Assembly (NCBI GenBank): GCA_019056805.1
Contig: DXJG01000002.1
Location: 493,103 to 525,102 of the forward strand
Length of the DNA: 32,000 nucleotides
Source of the DNA: Candidatus Baldrarchaeota archaeon
GTDB taxonomy: Archaea; Asgardarchaeota; Baldrarchaeia; Baldrarchaeales; DXJG01
Direction: 5' to 3'
The translations under genes and the position numbers were made by a program. The notes under the pieces were generated by a model, which had not been told where the DNA came from, ran no database searches, and was given only the letters and a program-made list of their open reading frames with translations. Shown piece by piece: positions 27,423 through 32,000 of the stretch (position 1 is the stretch's first letter; each line of letters begins with the position of its first letter).

Positions 27423-27965
27423 TCATTCTTTAGACATATTTAAAATCAAATCAGCAAGTGTTATGAACGCAGTATTCACATTTTCCCCAGTTTTTGCAGA
27501 AGTTTCTATAAAATGCACCTTAACTCCAAACTTTTCCTCTATAATCTGTTTTTTCTTAAGGCCTTCCTCAGTAGTAATATGGTTTCCACCTGGAACACGC
27601 AAATCTATCTTATTACCAACCAAAACTATAGGCACTTTCGTTCCTGCATTCTCAAGAAGTTCAGTTACCCAAAGCTCAACATGATCATAAGTTTCCCTTC
27701 TAGTCACATCATATACCAGAAGAGCACCTCGCGATCCTCTGTAGAATCCCTCTCTTACTGCTTTGAAGTGTGGTTGTCCAGCTAAGTCCCATATTTGAAA
27801 CTTAACCTGAGTCCCGTCAGATGTCTCAACATTTTTTACAGCAAAGTCAGCACCAATAGTAACTAAATATGATGCTGTAAAACCTTCGCCCATAAAACGT
27901 CGTCTCAAGGTTGTTTTTCCGACACCGCCATCGCCAATTAACACAATCTTAAAGAGATAGACCAT
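27423..27965 (-). CDS. Rab-like small GTPase, paralogue 2
   Basis: Same five G boxes and no C-terminal Cys. ATG 27965 after GAGG preferred over TTG 27980. Confidence 0.95.
   Translation of the reverse strand: MVYLFKIVLIGDGGVGKTTLRRRFMGEGFTASYLVTIGADFAVKNVETSDGTQVKFQIWDLAGQPHFKAVREGFYRGSRGALLVYDVTRRETYDHVELWVTELLENAGTKVPIVLVGNKIDLRVPGGNHITTEEGLKKKQIIEEKFGVKVHFIETSAKTGENVNTAFITLADLILNMSKE
27751..27810. repeat. 60-bp exact repeat, copy 2 (inside GTPase paralogue 2)
   Basis: Identical to 27017-27076, compared base by base. Confidence 0.95.
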
Positions 27966-28306
27966 CGCACTCAACCTCAAATGTAGGATTTAATATTGAG
28001 TTATTGAATCTAGTGTTTCTTAACTCTTACGGTTAAGATTACGTAGGAAAATATAATATTAAATTTTAGGTTCACTTGCCATAGATTGAAGAGCTTAACT
28101 TTACGCAATGTTGAAAGATGATCCGTGTACAAACTAATAATATGTAGTGTTCTTCTGGTTAAATAAACTTTAAAGCATAAAATTAACATGTGAGAAGAGA
28201 AGTACAACAAAGTTAAATGTAATCTTATCTACTGCTTTAGATAATTTAAATCAAAATTATAAATGAATTTAATACTTTAAGCTTTAAATAAAGAGGGAGA
28301 AGAATC

Positions 28307-29419
28307 ATGTCACTTGTAGAAGGCGGCGAAGTTAAGAAAATTACAGATTATGATAAGCTCATAGAATATTTTGGCGTATCCAGAATAGATCCTATTTTAG
28401 ATAGATTTAAAGATCCTCATAGACTTTTAAGACGAAAAATAGTCTTTGCACATAGAGACTTTGACAAAATACTAGATGAAGTTGATAAAGGCAACATTTT
28501 CGCCGTTTTAAGCGGACGAGGCCCATCAGATAAAATACATTTAGGTCATCTAATTCTCTTCGAACTTAATCTCTATCTTCAAAAAAAGATGGGTGCCAAT
28601 GTTTATATCCCTTTATCTGACGATGAAAAATACGTTTTCAAAAAAGTAGAGAGCTTAGAAAAAGCAAAATATTTTGCCTTAGACAACGCCTTAGATATCG
28701 TAGCTCTTGGTTACGATCCTAACAAGACAGAACTTTTTATTTCTACGGAACTTCCATGGGTATATAAAACTGCAATAAAACTATCACGACACTTAACATA
28801 TAGTACTGTAAAGGCTGTTTTCGGATTCAAAGGAGAAAATAACCCAGGAGAAATCTTCTATTCATGCCTTCAAATGGCGCACATACTTTATCCCATCTTG
28901 GTACATAAATTACCCACCGTGGTTCCAGTTGCTATTGATCAAGATCCTTACATAAGAATTAGTAGAGATGTAGCGGATAAAATTAGAGTATTTAAACCCG
29001 CTGGTCTATATCTTAAGTATCTCAAAGGGTTAACCGGAGAGCCCATGAGTGCAAGTCAACCAGAAACATGTATATTCGCAACAGACAGTCCTGAAGAAGC
29101 AAGGAAAAAAATCTGGGAGGCATTTACAGGAGGTCAACCAACAATTAAGGAACAGCGAGAGAAAGGCGGAAACCCGGATATATGCGTAGTTTATGAAATG
29201 TTAAACGTATACTTTGTTGAAGATGACAAAGAAATGGAGAAACTGAGAAACGATTGTATTAGCGGAAATATTCTATGTGGTGAGTGTAAACAAAAATTAA
29301 CAAATTATGTAATTAATTTCCTAGAAAAACACAAAAAGGCAAGAGAAAAATACAGATACAAACTAAAAGACTTCTTCATACATGAAATAGATGAAGATAT
29401 ACTGGCGAAGATTCCATAA
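28307..29419 (+). CDS. trpS: Tryptophanyl-tRNA synthetase, archaeal/eukaryal type
   Basis: GRGPSDKIHLGH, SDDEK, PVAIDQDPY, MSAS, AFTGGQ, GGNPDIC, ILCGECK. Confidence 0.96.
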   Translation: MSLVEGGEVKKITDYDKLIEYFGVSRIDPILDRFKDPHRLLRRKIVFAHRDFDKILDEVDKGNIFAVLSGRGPSDKIHLGHLILFELNLYLQKKMGANVYIPLSDDEKYVFKKVESLEKAKYFALDNALDIVALGYDPNKTELFISTELPWVYKTAIKLSRHLTYSTVKAVFGFKGENNPGEIFYSCLQMAHILYPILVHKLPTVVPVAIDQDPYIRISRDVADKIRVFKPAGLYLKYLKGLTGEPMSASQPETCIFATDSPEEARKKIWEAFTGGQPTIKEQREKGGNPDICVVYEMLNVYFVEDDKEMEKLRNDCISGNILCGECKQKLTNYVINFLEKHKKAREKYRYKLKDFFIHEIDEDILAKIP

Positions 29420-29477
29420 AATCGTTACCTGCATTAAAATGGGAATTAGAGAGATCTCACTGCTTGTAGCTATTTTA

Positions 29478-30212
29478 TTACTTTGATGAAGCTGTTTTTG
29501 ATGTACTTTCCAAAAGGGCTTTCATTAACAATTTTTTTAGGTCTTTTTCTATCTCTGAGAGATCTTTTATAGTATCTATTGCTCTCCAAAATCCTCTAGA
29601 CTTGTATGAACCCAATAATCCCTTTTCTGCAAGAATCGGGAAGGTTTCTTTTTCTATATCTCCTTTTTCCGGTAAAAATTCTTCAACTTGTCTCCGTAGT
29701 ACATATACTCCTCCATTAATCCAATAAGGTAGCTCTGGTTTTTCTCTAAATCCTCTTATCCTATTGGTTTCATCTACATCAACAATTCCATAGGGACTTT
29801 TGAAAGGTACCAAAAGTATTGTAGCCATGAAGTTAGATTGTTTATGATATTCAAACATTGGTCTCAAATCTATTGTTGTAATTATATCGCCATTAGTTAC
29901 CACAATATCGTTCTCGTTGTCATCAATATACTTTAAGGCTTGTTTTATACCTCCTCCAGTTCCAAGTTTTTCTTTTTCAATTGAATATTGTATGTTCACA
30001 TCAAATTTTTCCCCATTTCCAAAATAATCCATTATTTTTTCATGTTTATACCCGCATGCAATAATAAAATTCCTGATTCCCTGAGATTTTAACCACTCTA
30101 TTTGATATTCTAAAATAGGCTTTCTCAAGATTTCAACCATCGGTTTCGGTTTCCGGTTGGTTAGAGGCCTTAAACGGAGACCCAACCCCCCGGCCAATAT
30201 AATCGCATACAT
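29478..30212 (-). CDS. Sugar-phosphate nucleotidyltransferase (NTP_transferase; GMPP/RmlA-like)
   Basis: ILAGGLGLRLRPLT, PKPM, EKLGTGGG, NGDI, FREKP, INGGVY, WRAID. Confidence 0.9.
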   Translation of the reverse strand: MYAIILAGGLGLRLRPLTNRKPKPMVEILRKPILEYQIEWLKSQGIRNFIIACGYKHEKIMDYFGNGEKFDVNIQYSIEKEKLGTGGGIKQALKYIDDNENDIVVTNGDIITTIDLRPMFEYHKQSNFMATILLVPFKSPYGIVDVDETNRIRGFREKPELPYWINGGVYVLRRQVEEFLPEKGDIEKETFPILAEKGLLGSYKSRGFWRAIDTIKDLSEIEKDLKKLLMKALLESTSKTASSK

Positions 30213-30346
30213 AGAATCATACTCCCTTCAAATTTTAGTACACTATCAATTTAATTTTCAACTTAGTTAAATTTTACTCCTAAAAATATAAGCTGTTAAT
30301 CAATGAGCCTCTGCTTTTCGAAGTATTCTCGTAATTTCTTTAGTTA

Positions 30347-30682
30347 CTACTGAAGAATTCTAACAACATTTTTAAATAATTTAATAATTTCCTTACGAAT
30401 TAAATACAGTTTTTCACGCAACCCTGAATCTTCCCTAGAAAAAACAACCACAGATTGAATACTATTTTTCTTAACTAACAATTCTTTCCCTCTAACACTT
30501 ATCTTTACAGCGTCTTCACCGCTCTTTAACTTAACATTCAAATCAACTATTGTACCCACCACCGACGATAAAGGTTCTACTTCCCCATATATTATTCCAA
30601 TTACCCTATTTTTGTTATGTGAAAGAACTTCATCAAAACTTTCCTCAAATCGAGTTCTAAAATAAACATTAAGCTCCAACAT
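30347..30682 (-). CDS. Hypothetical protein (~111 aa)
   Basis: ORF fills the gap. ATG 30682 follows GGGGTGA. No motif recognised. Confidence 0.65.
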   Translation of the reverse strand: MLELNVYFRTRFEESFDEVLSHNKNRVIGIIYGEVEPLSSVVGTIVDLNVKLKSGEDAVKISVRGKELLVKKNSIQSVVVFSREDSGLREKLYLIRKEIIKLFKNVVRILQ

Positions 30683-30721
30683 CTTTCTCACCCCAAATAT
30701 GCTCAAGTAAATTAATAACGG

Positions 30722-32000
30722 TCAAATTTTTCCAGTTTTGGCAACAGTTATACTTGTTATTGCTTTTTCAATAGCCTTAGTCATTCTCTCTGGTGATAAA
30801 GTTGTTTTAAACAATCCAGTTTTAAAACCATAGTATCTTCCTCGAGTAACTTGCGCTATCCATATTAAGAGGTGTGTGGGAGATATTATGAGTTTTGCAT
30901 CCCACTTATCAATATGAACCGGATTAACAACTATAACTGGGATATTTTTCCTTGCCAAAATTTGAGTTGCAGCTATTACATCAGCCTGCGCTGGTGCTGG
31001 AATTTTTTCTCTCAATGATATGTTTAACGGCTGCTTTAATGGTACATTTGCCAAACCATCACTAACTAATACAACTATTGGAATCGTATCAGGATTTCTT
31101 CTTAACTCCTGCGTTAATACCTGTGTAGCTTTTAACAATCCATCAGCTAGAGGTGTACTACCCCCAGCCCTTAACTTGATAATTTTCCTTGCAACTATGT
31201 TAATATTCGTAGTTGGATGAAACACAATTCTAGCTCGTTCCCCTTGTAGAACAATTAAACCTACTTTATCTCTATAACGATAGGCCTTCCTATGCAAAGA
31301 AAAAACAGCTTCAGCAATTGTTTGAAGATGATATACCATACTTTCACTTAAATCCAAAACCAGTAGTATCGTAATTGGAGTCTTATACATCCTAACATTT
31401 GTTCTTAAATCCTGAAGTTCGACCTGGATAGCTAGTTGTTCTGCTAACCGCATTTGACGTAGCGCCGCAACTCTTATCGTTGGTCCAAAAGCTATATCAA
31501 TTGTAGGGCTCTTAGGAATCTCATATCCTACAATTCGACCCTTATGAACAGATGTTACCGCCAAAGCCCTTTTACCAGAAAGATACCTCCTCTTCCTAGC
31601 TTTAACTTTTACATCAAAACCAAATTCAAACCTTTCTTTATGTGACTTAAGTTCTTTAAGCACAGTTTTACCGGGAGCAAAAGGCACTTTCCTAGAGACA
31701 TCTATTGCTGAAAAATCCATCGGAGCGATTTCTACCATAACTTTTGCTTCGTCCCTTTCTTTCTCTTGCCTCCCTCTCAGTATATAATCTTTGGATATTG
31801 TCCGTTTCCAAAGAGCCTTTAACTTTCTAGTAACCCTATTGAAACGACTTGCCTTCGTTTCCTTAAAAATGGAAAGATAAGTTCCTCTCCTAAAAATTTT
31901 CGGCAATTTTTCTTTTTCTACAGCCATCAAAGGAACCAGTGAAAAAATTCTTTGAAATGTAGGCTGCTTATCCGTTGAAATTCCTCGTCTACCTTCTACC
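30722..32000 (-). CDS. VWA-domain protein, ChlD/Mg-chelatase subunit D-like, 5'-partial
   Basis: MIDAS elements LLVLDLSESM, GGSTPLADGL, VLVSDGLANV. The frame stays open from the track start (31930) to the window end. Confidence 0.85.
   Translation of the reverse strand, partial: VEGRRGISTDKQPTFQRIFSLVPLMAVEKEKLPKIFRRGTYLSIFKETKASRFNRVTRKLKALWKRTISKDYILRGRQEKERDEAKVMVEIAPMDFSAIDVSRKVPFAPGKTVLKELKSHKERFEFGFDVKVKARKRRYLSGKRALAVTSVHKGRIVGYEIPKSPTIDIAFGPTIRVAALRQMRLAEQLAIQVELQDLRTNVRMYKTPITILLVLDLSESMVYHLQTIAEAVFSLHRKAYRYRDKVGLIVLQGERARIVFHPTTNINIVARKIIKLRAGGSTPLADGLLKATQVLTQELRRNPDTIPIVVLVSDGLANVPLKQPLNISLREKIPAPAQADVIAATQILARKNIPVIVVNPVHIDKWDAKLIISPTHLLIWIAQVTRGRYYGFKTGLFKTTLSPERMTKAIEKAITSITVAKTGKI

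Noticed and set aside
28010-28210. 66-aa ORF between the GTPases and trpS
   Set aside because: TTG start without a clear RBS, no recognisable motif, and it lies in a divergent promoter region. Cannot be supported.
1-32000. tRNA, rRNA, CRISPR arrays, transposases, integrases
   Set aside because: No T-arm GGTTCRANTCC-type motif in a cloverleaf context, no repeat-spacer periodicity and no DDE/HUH/tyrosine-recombinase motifs seen by eye. tRNAscan or Infernal would be needed to exclude small RNAs.

Overview
AT-rich, gene-dense archaeal window. Two tandem Rab-like small GTPases (WDLAGQ type, no prenylation motif), archaeal-type TyrRS/TrpRS and GGAGG/GGTGA ribosome-binding sites point to an Asgard archaeon (inference). 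About 33 genes are supported, mostly metabolic or housekeeping: moaB, mobB, thyX, ferredoxin, glycerate kinase, IlvD, GlcD/GlcF-like pair, PhoU-TrkA_C pair, TrmB, Hsp20 with a regulator, ADP-forming acyl-CoA synthetase alpha, DUF59, two phosphoesterases, CYTH, TrpRS, an NTP-transferase and a VWA protein. Two real small genes are missing from the ORF track: a 58-aa dicluster ferredoxin and a DUF2116-like Zn-ribbon membrane protein. The most unusual region is 16.6-20.1 kb. A 5'-truncated TyrRS breaks exactly at a perfect 16-bp GC-rich palindrome. It is followed by a divergent, intact TyrRS of a different sequence type and then a free-standing AbrB-like/double-LAGLIDADG/winged-helix protein, which looks like endonuclease-associated replacement of an essential gene. 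Other notable signals: a 60-bp perfectly identical tract between the two GTPase paralogues, a GTPase-CYTH-phosphoesterase neighbourhood, a tandem operator at the Hsp20 promoter and an OsmC-like protein lacking both cysteines. No tRNA, rRNA or CRISPR array was seen. All calls come from manual motif reading; no database searches were run.
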